A DNA stretch of 64,000 bases from Octopus vulgaris (lineage: Eukaryota), in assembly GCA_951406725.2 (NCBI GenBank), contig OX597815.1:25668001-25732000 (forward strand), in the 5' to 3' direction. Positions 11,647 to 26,325 of this stretch are shown here, one piece after another. A model generated the notes under the pieces. It was given only the letters and a program-made list of their open reading frames with translations. It was not told the origin of the DNA and did no database searches. Each line of letters begins with the position of its first letter. Position 1 is the first letter of the stretch. A program made the translations under genes and the position numbers.

Positions 11647-12299
11647 TATATGCACACATGTAAGAATATATGTGTGAATACACACACACACACACACTCA
11701 CACACAAATGCATATATACAGAAAAGCCTTTACAAAGAAACGAAACAAAGGCACAAGTAAAACAGACAAAAACAAAAACAAAAAATGATAAAAAAACAAA
11801 AGGAAAAACGAAACACAAACGGTTGCTAACAACGCACAATTTCCTCGTCAGCTGTCGGATGGATTTCACCGCAATTTCGACACAACACACACATATCTAT
11901 GTACATACATACAAACACATATACGCACACGCTTACACACATACACACACAGGTACACACACACATGCATACACATACGCACACATACATATTACTCCTG
12001 CCCTCATCCACATGTCAGCACGTGTTGTGGTCATAAAAATCCGCTCCACCACAATCATGTTACCTTCCATCCGCTATCATGGCCGTCATCACCACTAAGA
12101 AACACAACAGCAACCACCCCATCTACCTACGGTTATCTGACCCACAGTTATTCAATTGCTTTCGAGCAACATTCTATACTAGAAATGACAGCCAAAAATC
12201 TCTTTCAAATCACCAAACACGAAGAGAGAAATAATGTAGTTGCAGGGGGAAAAAATGACGTGGTTACGACTAACATCTTTAGAAAGGTCAGATGTAGAA

Positions 12300-12850
12300 C
12301 TCACAACGACGACAACAGCATCAACAAGACTAACGCTACCACCTCCTGCAGCCCTATTACAACCGTCCACCGATGCTACCACCACCACCACCACCACCAC
12401 CACCACCACCACAACCACCACCACCACCACAACCACCACCAGCAGCACCACCACCACCACCATCACCACTACAACCAACACCACCACAACAACCATCACC
12501 ACCACCACCACCAGCACCACCACCAGCACAACAACCATCACCACCACCACCACCACCACCACCACCACCACCACTACCATAACAACAACAACGACCATCA
12601 CCACCACCACCACCACTTTCACCACAACTATTTCTATGCATATGTCTTCCCCCACCACAGCCATTACCTCCACCAATCACCACTACGACCCCTATTGCCA
12701 CAACCACTGACATAACTTACCAACCACCACCATTATACCACCTACTACTACCCCGCCTTTAGCACCCTCACTCCGAACTTCCACCGTCTCAACCCTCCAA
12801 CTCCACCATCATCACTACCACCAGTACTACCTACGTTACCAAACATCATT
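12300..12850. repeat. (ACC/ACA/ACT)n trinucleotide array
   Basis: Visible directly. Gives poly-T/H/P/V/G ORFs in several frames. Confidence 0.9.
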
Positions 12851-12999
12851 ACCACATCTACGCAGTCACTTGACCAGCTAGAAATAGCAGCAAACCTTCC
12901 TTAGATCGCACCATATCCTCTTGGGAAATGATCGACCTCACTAGAGACAATAAATATTGTCCAATATATTCCTAAAATGATCATCGCCACTACCATAGC

Positions 13000-13008
13000 C
13001 GTCGTCGC

Positions 13009-13095
<87 letters not shown>

Positions 13096-13300
13096 CGTTG
13101 TTGCCACCGTGGTCGCCGCAATCTCCGCCACCGCCGCCGTCGCTGCTGTCGCCGCCGTCGCTGCTGTCGCCGCCGTCGCTGCTGTCGCCGTCGTCGCCGC
13201 TGCCCCCGCTGCCGTTGCTGCCTTCTCTGCCGCTGCCTTTACCTCCGCCGATACCGTCACTACTGCCGCCTCCACTTACGCCTCTGCCGCCTCCAACGCT
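13000..13300. repeat. GC-rich 9-bp (CGCCGCTGT)n and 18-bp minisatellite
   Basis: About 10 near-perfect 9-mers followed by 18-bp variants. Reads (Thr-Ala-Ala)n on the minus strand. Confidence 0.9.
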
Positions 13301-13381
13301 TCCATCGAACACCATCATATCTATTATCACCTCTACTCCGCTGTCAAAATTATCATTACGAACCACCATCCCAATTCATTT

Positions 13382-13602
13382 ACTCTTTTACTCTTTTACT
13401 TGTTTCAGTCATTTGACTGTGGCCATGCTGGAGCACCGCCTTTAGTCGAGCAAATCGATCCCCCAGGACTTATTCTTTGTAAGCCTAGTACTTATTCTAT
13501 CGGTCTCTTTTGCCGAACCGCTAAGTTACGGGGACGTAAACACACAAGCATCGGTTGCCAAGCGATGTTGGGGGACAAACACAGACACACACACACACAC
13601 AC

Positions 13603-13648
<46 letters not shown>

Positions 13649-13828
13649 TTTCAGTTTTCGTCTACAAAATTCAATCACAAGGCTTTGGTCAGCCCGAGGC
13701 TATAGTAGAAGACACTTGCCCAAGGTGTCACGCAGTGGGACTGAACTCGGAACCATGTGGTTCGTAAGCAAGCTACTTACCACACAGCCACTCCTACGCC
13801 ACAGCCACTCCACAGCCACTCCTACGCC
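13382..13828 (-). mobile_element. SINE family B, full-length, with duplicated head
   Basis: Reverse complement of the 17271 copy. CACAGCCACTCC(TACGCC) is repeated at the 5' end. Confidence 0.92.
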
Positions 13829-13966
13829 ATTTCTTGAAAAATAGTTGAATAGAGTGAGCAATATAGTCCCGCCGTCAATATAGTCCCACATACTCCTATG
13901 AAATGACTTGATGGGTACGGCTGGATTGGCTTTGAGCATAGGCCTGCCTGCCCGATCAGAACTCAC

Positions 13967-14480
13967 CGTGGCTAAATAATAATAATAATAACAAGGCATT
14001 GTCTTATTGTTATCATTGTCTCTACGCCACCATCAACTCGAACGACAACGATGACGACGACGACCTCCGTCGCCGCCGCCACCACCACCACCACCACCAC
14101 CACCACCACCACCAACCCCACCGCCGCCGTGTTTAGGCTGAACCCGTTCATTCAATAATAGGTGTGACCATAAAAGTAACAGCAGTGTCACGATAACAAT
14201 CACAGTCAGGGTTGAATTGTTAATCGTCTTGTTATGTTGTCGTCGAAGGAGGGTGTAGGGAAGGGAGGTGCCGGTGTGTTTTTTTTTTGGGGGAGGTGGT
14301 GTTTGCTGCGGTAGAGGGAGAGGATGAGGGTGTAATGGTTGAAGGGCAGAGCGAAGAGTAGAGGGTAGAGGGGTAGAGTGTAATGGTAAGAGGTTTGTGT
14401 GTAGAGGCAGTAGGAGTGATTTAGCGGTTGTAAGCGGTGATGTTGGAGTAACTGGGAGAATGAGACAGAGAAAGAGAGGA
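13967..14480 (-). other. Possible first exon of a minus-strand gene
   Basis: Strong donor ACG|GTGAGT at 13967/13966 ends an in-frame MPCYYYYYLAT from an ATG at 13999. Upstream sequence is CpG-rich and UTR-like. No downstream exon identified. Confidence 0.25.
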
Positions 14481-14484
14481 GAAC

Positions 14485-14562
<78 letters not shown>

Positions 14563-14748
14563 CACGTATGTATATACGCACACAAATATATATATGCATA
14601 TACACATGTATATGTATATAGACATACACATATATATGTATATACACATATATGTGTATATACACACAAATATATGTATATATATGTATATATATATATA
14701 TACATACATATGTATATACACACATATATATATGTATAATTATATCTA

Positions 14749-14786
<38 letters not shown>

Positions 14787-15174
14787 GTAGAAAAATACAA
14801 CATGGACAAGAACGTATAACTCTTATATATATATATATGTATATATGTATATCTGTACCTATATGCATGCATATAGGTAGAAAGAAAGAAAGGAAGTAAG
14901 AAAGAAAGAAAGAAAGAAAGAAGAAAAAAAGAAAGTAGAATAACAAAAACAATGAAGGAAAAGAAACAGGGCAGGAGGGTTGAAAAGTGGGTGAAGTTGG
15001 GAGTAAGTAGGGAGTGTGTGGTATGGGTAGGACAGCAGAAGGAAAATTGTGGGAGAGGTTGCTGAAAGCGATCGCAGACGGTCAAGAGGAAAAGTGAGCA
15101 GTTTGTGAGCTAGGAAGACACGACACACACACAGAGTGCGAGCGAGCAAGCGAGAGAAACAGAAAGAGGGAGTG

Positions 15175-15615
15175 GGGGGTGGGGAGAGAGAAAGGGAAAG
15201 TAAAATGGCTTTTGTGAAAGGGAATTAAAGAGGGAGACAGAAAGAGATAGGACGGTGGAGAGAGAGAGAGAGGGAGAGAGAGAGAGAGTGGGGGAGAGAG
15301 AAAGTGAAAGTAAAACGGCTTTTGTGAAAGGTAATTAAAGAGGGAGACAGACAGAGATAGGACGGTGGAGAGAGAGAGAGGGAGGGAGATAGGGAGAGAG
15401 AGAGTGGGGGAGAGAGAAAGTGAAAGTAAAATGGCTTTTGTGAAAGGTAATTAAAGAGGGAGACAGAAAGAGATAGGACGGTGGAGAGAGAGAGAGAGAG
15501 AGAAACAGAGAGACAGAGACAGAGAGAGAGAGAGGAAGAGGGGCAGAGAGAAAGTGAAAGTAAAACGGCTTTTGTGAAGGGGAATTAAAGAGGGAGACAG
15601 AAAGAGATAGGACGG

Positions 15616-15656
<41 letters not shown>

Positions 15657-15775
15657 GGAGAGAGAGAGTGGGGGAGAGAGAAAGTGAAAGTAAAATGGCT
15701 TTTGTGAAAGGTAATTAAAGAGGGAGACAGAAAGAGATAGGACGGTGGAGAGAGAGAGAGAGAGAGAGTGGGGAT
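15175..15775. repeat. Five-unit ~110-135 bp tandem repeat with variable GA spacers
   Basis: Conserved core GAAAGTGAAAGTAAAA(T/C)GGCTTTTGTGAA...GATAGGACGGTGG at about 15190, 15300, 15416, 15550 and 15680. Confidence 0.92.
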
Positions 15776-15889
15776 AGAGAGAGAGAGAGAGGGAGTGAGT
15801 GAAATGGGGGCGAGAAGAAAAAGTGAATGTACAAGAACGGCGATGACATTCATCGTAGCGACTGTAATAAAATGACAGCGGTTGTCATA

Positions 15890-16179
15890 GCGACAATAAT
15901 AACGCCATGGAAAGGTGCGCTAAAATATTATATACGGCTGAAATGGCGGATCAGAAACTGAAGTAACGGTCGCAATATTTGTTGGAATACAAAAGAAAGG
16001 GTGACAGAAAGACAAGCGGTGGGTAGAAGGGTGGACAATTAAGCCATTCAATAGAGATGTTATGACATTGTTGTCTTAACTGTTGTTTTCATGCGACAAT
16101 AATAACGCCATGGAAAGGTGCGCTAAAATATTATATACGGCTGAAATGGCGGATCAGAAACTGAAGTAACGGTCGCAAT
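15890..16179. repeat. 87-bp direct duplication
   Basis: GCGACAATAATAACGCC...GTAACGGTCGCAAT appears identically at 15890-15976 and 16093-16179. Confidence 0.92.
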
Positions 16180-16737
16180 CTGATTAAGACGCATCTAATG
16201 ACCACCGTACATACGTTTCTCTCTGTGCGTATGTGTGTGTGGCTGAATGTTTGTATGCATGAATGTATGTGTGTGTATGCATATACATATATACATACAT
16301 GTGTTTGTGTTTGTGTGTGTCTGTTATGTATACGAGAGTGAAAAATCTCAACACATTTCGTCATTTATGTTTAGTTTTATTCATTTATCTTTATTATGTG
16401 TTAGTTGATTCAAATCATTAGATATGTCTTAATTTTATGACGCGAACATAAAATCATGTTTACAACTCTCTCCTCTTGTTTGTATTTTTCTATAATTCTT
16501 TAATATCACACTTTAGCTGCTTGTTTGTTTTAATATATTGTTAACTCTAAGGGTGGTGGATGGCGGAATCGGCGGTGTAATAACTGATTAAAGGCGGTGC
16601 GGTGTTTAGATACATCCCTAAGTTCTTTGTTCAAATCCCGCCTAGGTTAAGTGCAGCTTTCATCATTCCGGTGTCGATAAAACAAACACCATTCAATTAC
16701 TAGGGATCATTTAAAATCAACTCTCTCTCTCTCTCTT

Positions 16738-17064
16738 TCTATCCGCTCAGTCGAAGTCGACTCTCGGTCACTCGTTGGACCAGTGTCCTCCAGTCAGTTC
16801 TATCCTGGCCCGCTTCTTTCAGATTGGCTATATCCATTCCGGTATCACTCTTGATGGTGTCAAGCCAGCGGGTTCTTGGTCGGCCTCTTCCTCTCTTGCC
16901 ACTGACCATTCCGAGCATGATGTCCTTCTCCAGGGATTTTCTCCGCATAATATGACCGAAATATGCCAATATATGCTTGGTGATCCTAGCTTCTAGTGAC
17001 ATTTTCGGCCTTATCTGCTTAAGAACTTCTCCTTTGGTGAGCCTCGCTGTCCATGGAATCCGTA
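16738..17064 (-). mobile_element. 3' fragment of an RTE-clade (BovB-like) LINE
   Basis: LRIPWTAR...LAYFGHIMRRKSLEKDIMLGMVSGKRGRGRPRTRWLD...WRTLVQRVTESRLRLSG* is the typical RTE/BovB C-terminus. Followed by a (GA)n tract. Confidence 0.9.
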
Positions 17065-17270
17065 AAAGTAAAATCAACAACTTCCACAAAATTTATGGTT
17101 TTAAATCTATATTACAAATCATCAGTATCATCGTTTCTACAAGCCAAAATGAGCCATAACAAATGATTAAATGTCCTTTAAAATATTCTTCCTTTCTTGC
17201 ATTGCAAAAAATTTCTCAAGAATCCGAGCTGTTTCTTCTTAATAGTGCAATCTTCTGAAGACGTTCTCTG

Positions 17271-17433
17271 GGCGCAGGAGTGGCTGTGTTGTAAGTAGCT
17301 TGTTTACCAACCACATGGTTCCGGGTTCAGTCCCACTGCGTGGCACCTTGGGCAAGTATCTTCTACTATAGGCTCGGGCCGACCAAAGCCTTGTGAGTGG
17401 ATTTGGTAGACGGAAACTAGAAAGAAGCCCGTC

Positions 17434-17516
<83 letters not shown>

Positions 17517-17728
17517 CGTGTTTGTCCCCCTAGCATTGCTTGACAACCGATGCTGGTGTGTTTATGTCTCCGTCACTTAGCAGTTCGGAAAAAGAGACCG
17601 ATAGAATAAGTACTGGGCTTACAAAGAATAAGTCCCGGGGTCGATTTGCTCGATTAAAGGCGGTGTTCCAGTATGGCCGCAGTCAAATGACTGAAACAAG
17701 TAAAAGAGTAAAAGAGAGTAAAGAGTAA
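17271..17728 (+). mobile_element. SINE family B, full-length
   Basis: Head, core, internal (TA)n(TG)n, tail TGACTGAAACAAGTAAAAGAGTAAAAGAG. Confidence 0.95.
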
Positions 17729-18779
17729 ATCTCAATTCCAAAGTTCGTAATCCAATGTCTTTTCGTTGTTATTGCCTCTAAGACACATTACTACCAGTGT
17801 GACATGACTTCAAGGTGACCTATGCTCCACGTACATTTCTCTCTTTAAGTTTTATACCGTCCAATCTTTTCGTTTTGCTTTTCACACACTCTTTTATATT
17901 TTTTAACACTAACTACATCTTCTATAATACCTTCTACGATATCTTTTAATGATAACACTAATGATGGATGAGGAAGTCACTAACGAAGTCTTCTCTCCCG
18001 TCTTGTTATCACACAAGCGGCTTCATTTTATCTTACTCTACCATTGCAGAGTTGCTCATTATTATTGTTATTGCAAAGGTGGCGCGCTGGAATGTATGAT
18101 TCCGTGCTGGCAGACACCACCTTTCAGAGAGAAGTTAGATTATGCGGTACCATTCTATGATACCTTTTTTTATAATATAGGGGACTGAGTATTGAGAGTT
18201 AGGCGATCTTGCATCATCTGAATATACAGGCAGTAACTCTTTTAGCATAGCAGTTGTTCCTAATTTAGATCCAAGGCCAGCAGTTTTGAGGCGATGGAGG
18301 GTTAGTCGATATCATCAGTTCCCGGTACTTTTATGGATCTCAGAGGACGACAGAGCAAGTTAACTTCAGTTAAATTTGGTTTTCGAATGGGAATAGCAGA
18401 AGCAAATGCCGCTAGGTATTTTGTTCGACGCTCTAATGATTCTACAAACTTTCTATTTTACTCTTTAACCACAATATAGGTATACCTAAACACACAAATT
18501 TAATCTCCATTATCTTCGTATCTATTATGCTTACATCTAAATAATAATATATAGAAATTATATTTATAAAAAAACCCCCCAAAACCCAATTAATATATAC
18601 ATAATTAATCCATTAGAAAAAAAATTTAATTGGGAATAAGACTAATAACATATATAAATATCACTAATAAACCACCTACACAAACCAAAAATAATATATA
18701 ACCAATTATTTAATCGACAGAAACTGTGCCATTTGGATAGCCTGGTTCAAAACCTGGATTCGTTATTACTCTATATTCA

Positions 18780-18910
18780 TCTGCTGCACCGAACTCTTCT
18801 AAGCAACAACATTTCTTCGATTGTTCCTCGTCTTACACTGAACACATCTAACTCAACTTACACTCCAAGTATATCATCATCCCTGGTAACTTCGATGCAC
18901 ACATCTCATG
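18780..18910 (+). pseudogene. Decayed LINE APE-endonuclease remnant
   Basis: Translates YIIIPGNFDAH, resembling the iiilGDFNaH motif. Stop codons nearby. Confidence 0.4.
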
Positions 18911-21674
18911 TTGTTTTCATTCTTCTAAACTGGTGCAGAAACAGATTTGTTTCATATGTTTAATATTCTGAAATATCTACAGCAGTTACTCTCTTCATCT
19001 ATTCATATTTCTTTCTTACTGACAAACTAACAAACATCTTTCTTATCTTTCTTACGCAACTTTACTAAATTAAGACCGTTTCTGTAGCAATTCTATTGTC
19101 TGCAACTTAATTCATATCTTCCTACAATACATCATTATGGTATTTCAAGTCAGATAGTAGATAAAATCTTTACTAGTTCTACAAGGACTACAACTGATTA
19201 CAAATTTGGTTCATTCTTGACAAAAAGATAATGCTTGTCAAAAACTTCCCTTCTAAATATATTTACGTCAACTTGGTAGGATTACCTTTCAACGTAATAT
19301 TCCTCAGCCAAAATGACCCACCTCTCTCATCGACTTCTGTTGATGAAATCATTACATGATCTGCCCATTCTAACATCACAATGTACGTACAGACAATAAG
19401 ATGTCTCCCATAAATTTGCCTTTTCTACTTCTCTATGTGAATACAATCACCAAATATTGACAACCCTCTAATCATGTCAACCTAATCATGACGACCAAAC
19501 TTGAGGATATTCGTTTTATTAACCTTGAACAGTGACTTGGCTGTTATTTTCATTAAATTTTCCATCTCTTTCTTCCTCTGTCGACAAGGATTACTCTAAA
19601 CTTAAGTAATAAACGCGAATGGTCTCCAATTCCTTATCTTCCTTGTCTACCACCAGCATAAATGCTGAAGACAGATCTACCATAGACCTTTTCTCCTGTC
19701 TCATGCACATTTGTTTATTTCGGTTAGATGTTTTATCCTTGAAATCAGCTGCATACACCCTCCAGCCAAGCTCATCAGCCACACCCATTCCCCTAGCCTT
19801 ATCATACGCCCCGAGTGTACTCAAAACACATTATCAAATCATTCCACCACAGAATTTCAGCCTTTTGAAATTGTTTCCTAACCACCTTATTTTTTTCTAT
19901 TCATCAGGGGCCGACCTATTTAAGTTGAACATCAAGTGTTTTCGATCTCTCTTAGTCATGGAGTTGGACCAGCAAAGTTACTGTGCCCTTTCCTCTGATT
20001 TACTAAATATGAAAAGCACCCTCACTGCATAAGCGATGGAAATTAAGGTAACTTGACCACCGCACAGGGAACACATCTTGAATTCCGTAATTAGGATAGA
20101 TATCTTACATAGAATTGTCGTCAAAAATGTACTGAAGACGCAACTCTGAAAATTCCGTTCGTTATTATGGAAATAATCAACGAAACAACTTTAATAATGT
20201 AGTTCTTGAGAGAAGGCTACTCTTTCATTTCATGGTTGGAGAGTGTCATTTCCAATAATGAGATTATCTCGTTGGGTCACTGGATCACATACAAACTGGA
20301 GCTATGATACTATTTTGCATATTATGGCGAAAACGTATTCTTAATTATCAACTTTTTTCAAAACATAAATTAATTACCAGAAGGGTAATGATGATGATGA
20401 TGATGATGATGATGAGGATGATGATGATGATGATAATGATCATAATATTGATAGATTTTTGCTTTAGGCACAAGGTCAACAATTTTGAAGTGTGGGGTGG
20501 TGTTTGTGGCGAGATTAATCGATTATATCGACCCTAGTACCTTAGAGTTACAAATAAACTACAAAAATATAAGAACGAAAGGATGAAAAAAAAAGTTATG
20601 ATACATCCGTACAAACATACAAACATATGTATAACAAGATTTCTCTGTTTGGAATTGTCTAAATTCCAATGCAGGTATCTTGTCGCCTGGTTAAAAACTG
20701 GCGCTTTCGCTATTGGTGAGAAATTCGAAAAATAAAGCCTACATAACTTACACATACTCGTACACACACATACACGAGAGTGCGCGTACGAGTACATACA
20801 TACATATATGAGGATTGCTTCATCTTGTCTGCTGATAGCCGTCTCAATAATCGTGTTGATGTGACAGCTGCACATCATTAGTGTATAGTGAAATACCACT
20901 CACTAAGTATCCTTCGTTAAATAACCATTGACAAGCAACAGTAAGATCACCGGAAATTATTTGAATCGCGTTTTTTTTTTGTATCAGAGGATCTACTTCT
21001 CGACTTTCCCAATAAGTAGGTTGATTTTAATTTTATCAACAAGTGATTTTATTGAGTATTTAAAGGCAAACTTTGGTATTTCAATGCATCTCTGCGCAAA
21101 ATATAAATACATATATATTAAAACTTTCATAAAAGTACTTTCAAGTTTGTCGGCGAAGATTAAAGAACAACCATCAACCATGAGTTGAGTTAATCCGCAA
21201 AAGCTATCTACCTGGGATTTACCGCTCAGGTAAATGTTTATAAGAACAATCGATACTTATAAAATGTAATATTCCTTCTACATTCGATGAGATTCAACAT
21301 ATAAAATCCGTTTTATGGAGTAAAAAAGGATGAGTGATAAATCTCCATTGAGAAAGTGCAAATCAATCGCAGATAACATTCTAAGTAGACTTCCTTATTT
21401 GAAGATTAAATTCAATTTAGCGACTTTAGGTGAAAAAGCTAACGACTGCAGTTACATCATTGTATTTACTACATACCAGGCGCCATTCTGAATTCATTTC
21501 TCTGCATTCAGTTTTGATCAATTTGGATTTCGGAGGCGGCTACTATATGTTTTTTCAAAAGACATTATTTGCACTGATGAAATTTTTCAGTAAAGGTGTA
21601 ATTTTTATAGATGAAGTACTTTTATCTTCGCTCATATTCTCACCTACCCTACATCAATATATATCTTAAATAAT

Positions 21675-21888
21675 CCTTTCTTTTATAGGTTCGATGCATG
21701 GAATTTAGGGGTAGGGGCTAGTCGATTACGTCGGCCTCAGTTTTCAGTGGGTACTTATTTCATCGATCCAGAAAAGACGAAAGACAAAACCGCCATCAGC
21801 GGAATTTGACTTCTGAAGGCAAAGACAGACGAAATACCGCTAAGCATTTTGCCCGGCGCGTTTAATGATCCTGCCAACTCACCGCCTC
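21675..21888 (-). mobile_element. Older SINE family A copy (tail type 2)
   Basis: GTCGATTAC...GTACTTATTTCATCGA...GACGAAATACCGCTAAGCATTTTGCCCGGCG. Similar decayed copies at about 16550, 18265, 20460, 26430, 29760, 31885, 32636, 37020-38050, 53283 and 54040. Confidence 0.8.
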
Positions 21889-21928
21889 GTGTATTCTAAA
21901 TAATAGATTCTTACAAGCAAAACACACA

Positions 21929-21972
<44 letters not shown>

Positions 21973-22294
21973 TCAAGTTGTAACGTTCGTGCTTTCCAGA
22001 TGCGTCGGTGAGGGGGGGGGGGAATTAAGGGAATAGAAACAACAGCATGCTTAAGTTTAGGTTTATTGTTTCACAAGGATCGATCGGTAAACGTTTATTG
22101 AGGGGGGGGGTCATAAAAACAAACAACAGTAAGATATGGTCACTGGCTTGTTGGGTATTTTAGGAGTTTCGCTAACCAAACATCTTCCAAACCTCATTGT
22201 AATAACTTATTACCGTTGCCAAGCAACGATTAAAAGACTCCTACATGTTGAGCAGGGGTTTAAATTCAACACTATCCTTTATACATGCACACGT

Positions 22295-23545
<1,251 letters not shown>

Positions 23546-24059
23546 GTGTTTCAACGGTTGATTCTCCATCCTTTGCATATGGCCATCTATCGTTTTCACA
23601 CCTCAGTAGGCAATGTTTAGTTTTACCATCGATAAATGATTTATTCCGCTCCATTCATTGTTCATGTCTAACCTGTGACCTTTCAAACTACCCACCCGCT
23701 TCTCTATGTTTGTTTTCTACACTATCTCACCCTGCTCGTTGGTTACCAGAGTACTTATGTTCTCCTGCTTTCCAGCTTTCTCCAACAAAAGTTAGTTGCA
23801 TGGGTGGTGGGCTGGGTGTATGTAGGCGAAAGTGTGAGGAAGAGAGGGAGAGAAACAGAGAGAATGAGGGAGAGAAGGGTGAGGTATAAGTGGGGAGAGT
23901 GAGAGATAAACAGGTAGGTGGAGATTTAGTTAGTGGAAAAGAGAAATAGAGAAGGATATAAAGAGAAAGAGAAAAAAAAAGACGTTTCTGGTTAGCGAAA
24001 AATGGCTTGATTTCATTGAGAAAGACGTGATGGGCCCGTAATTGAGTGGGAGCAAAAAT

Positions 24060-24061
24060 AT

Positions 24062-24121
<60 letters not shown>

Positions 24122-24278
24122 GAGAGGAGAGAGAGAAAGAGGGAGAGAGAGAGAAAGTGAGAGAGAGAGAGAGAAAGAAACAGACAGACAGAGAGAAAGG
24201 GAGGGAAACATAAAGAAGGAAAGAATTGAGAAAGGGAAAGAAAGGCAGAAACGTTGAGAGAGTGAGAGAGAGAGAGAA

Positions 24279-24317
<39 letters not shown>

Positions 24318-24396
24318 AACAGACAGACAAAGAGAAAGAGAGGGAAACGTAAAGAAGGAAAGAATTGAGAAAGGGAAAGAAAGGCAGAAACTTTGA

Positions 24397-24427
<31 letters not shown>

Positions 24428-24430
24428 GCA
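24060..24430. repeat. (GA)n block containing a ~85-bp duplicated unit
   Basis: GAGGGAAAC(A/G)TAAAGAAGGAAAGAATTGAGAAAGGGAAAGAAAGGCAGAAAC occurs twice. Confidence 0.85.
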
Positions 24431-24544
24431 GAGGAAGGGAGAGGGAAGGAGGAAGACAAAGATTAATAGAAAATGTAAAACACCAAAGCTAAAAATATGA
24501 CTAAAGAGAGAAACTATGGCAGCAATCGTGACGGATATGTTAGT

Positions 24545-24640
24545 GACGATGATGTTTATGATGATGTTTATGATGATGTTTATGATGATGTTTATGATGA
24601 TGTTTATGATGATGTTTATGATGATGTTTATGATGATGGT
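24545..24640. repeat. 12-bp (GATGATGTTTAT)n minisatellite
   Basis: About 7-8 tandem units. Confidence 0.9.
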
Positions 24641-25004
24641 GTCAAGGATGATGATGACGACGACGACAATTATGATAATGAATTCTACGACCCGTCTCAG
24701 CCCCGCATTGTAGAGGACATAACCTTCCAGAGTCCTCTTCCCACCCACGTTTTTTTTTTATACAAACGTCAACTTACAGTTGTTCAATCTGAACATCACC
24801 GCAGTAATAATATCACACACAGAGTCAAATGACCTACGAATGTAATGTAATAGGGTCCGGGGCTTTGCCTCCTGATATAAAAAACCATGAAAATCAAACA
24901 AATACGACGATGGTGGTGAGGTGGAGAAGGAAGAGTAGTACGATGGTGATACCGTCGCTTACTGGAAATGATGATAATCCTCCTCGTTAACACCATCATA
25001 ACTC

Positions 25005-25633
<629 letters not shown>

Positions 25634-25921
25634 GCAACAATGTCGTCGCTATCGTTTCTCTAACCGTTTGTCTTCTGGGTAGAAAATAGTTAAAATTTGA
25701 GATGTTGACTTTTTTTTTGCTCCGTCTCAAGGATGAGCTAATTTTGAGTGTTCTTAAAAAGATTAGGCTGAGAAAGCGGTTGACAAAGGACGGCTAACTT
25801 TAATGGTTATGAAGCTGCGTAGATTTGACGCCAGAATGAACGATGAAACAGAAGTAACAAAGAGCTTACAGCTTCAGTGAATTGGTGCAAGATAGACACT
25901 TTTACTGTGACAAAGTTTACA

Positions 25922-26325
25922 GGCGCAGGAGTGGCTGTGTGGTAAGTAGCTTGCTAACCAACCACATGGTTCCGGGTTCAGTCCCACTGCGTGGCATCTT
26001 GGGCAAGTGTCTTCTACTATAGCCCCGGGCCGACCAATGCCTTGTGAGTGGATTTGGTAGACGGAAACTGAAAGAAGCCTGTCGTATATATGTATATATA
26101 TGTGTGTTTGTGTGTCTGTGTTTGTCCCCTTAGCATTGCTTGACAACCGATGCTGGTGTGTTTACGTCCCCGTAACTTAGCGGTTCGGCAAAAGAGACCG
26201 ATAGAATAAGTGCTGGGCTTACAAAGAATAAGTCCCGGGGTTGATTTGCTCGACTAAAGGTGGTGCTCCAGCATGGCCGCAGTCAAATGACTGAAACAAG
26301 TAAGTAAAGTAAAGTAAAGTAAAGA
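25922..26325 (+). mobile_element. SINE family B, full-length
   Basis: Canonical head, core and tail, ending in (GTAAA)n. Confidence 0.95.

Noticed and set aside
12240-12710. Mucin-like poly-Thr ORF (also 38983-39636)
   Set aside because: An ACC/ACT trinucleotide array open in most frames, with no signal peptide or credible splice context.
19590-20030. 137-aa ORF in unique-looking sequence
   Set aside because: No motif recognised. It lies downstream of a decayed endonuclease remnant and is probably old LINE debris.
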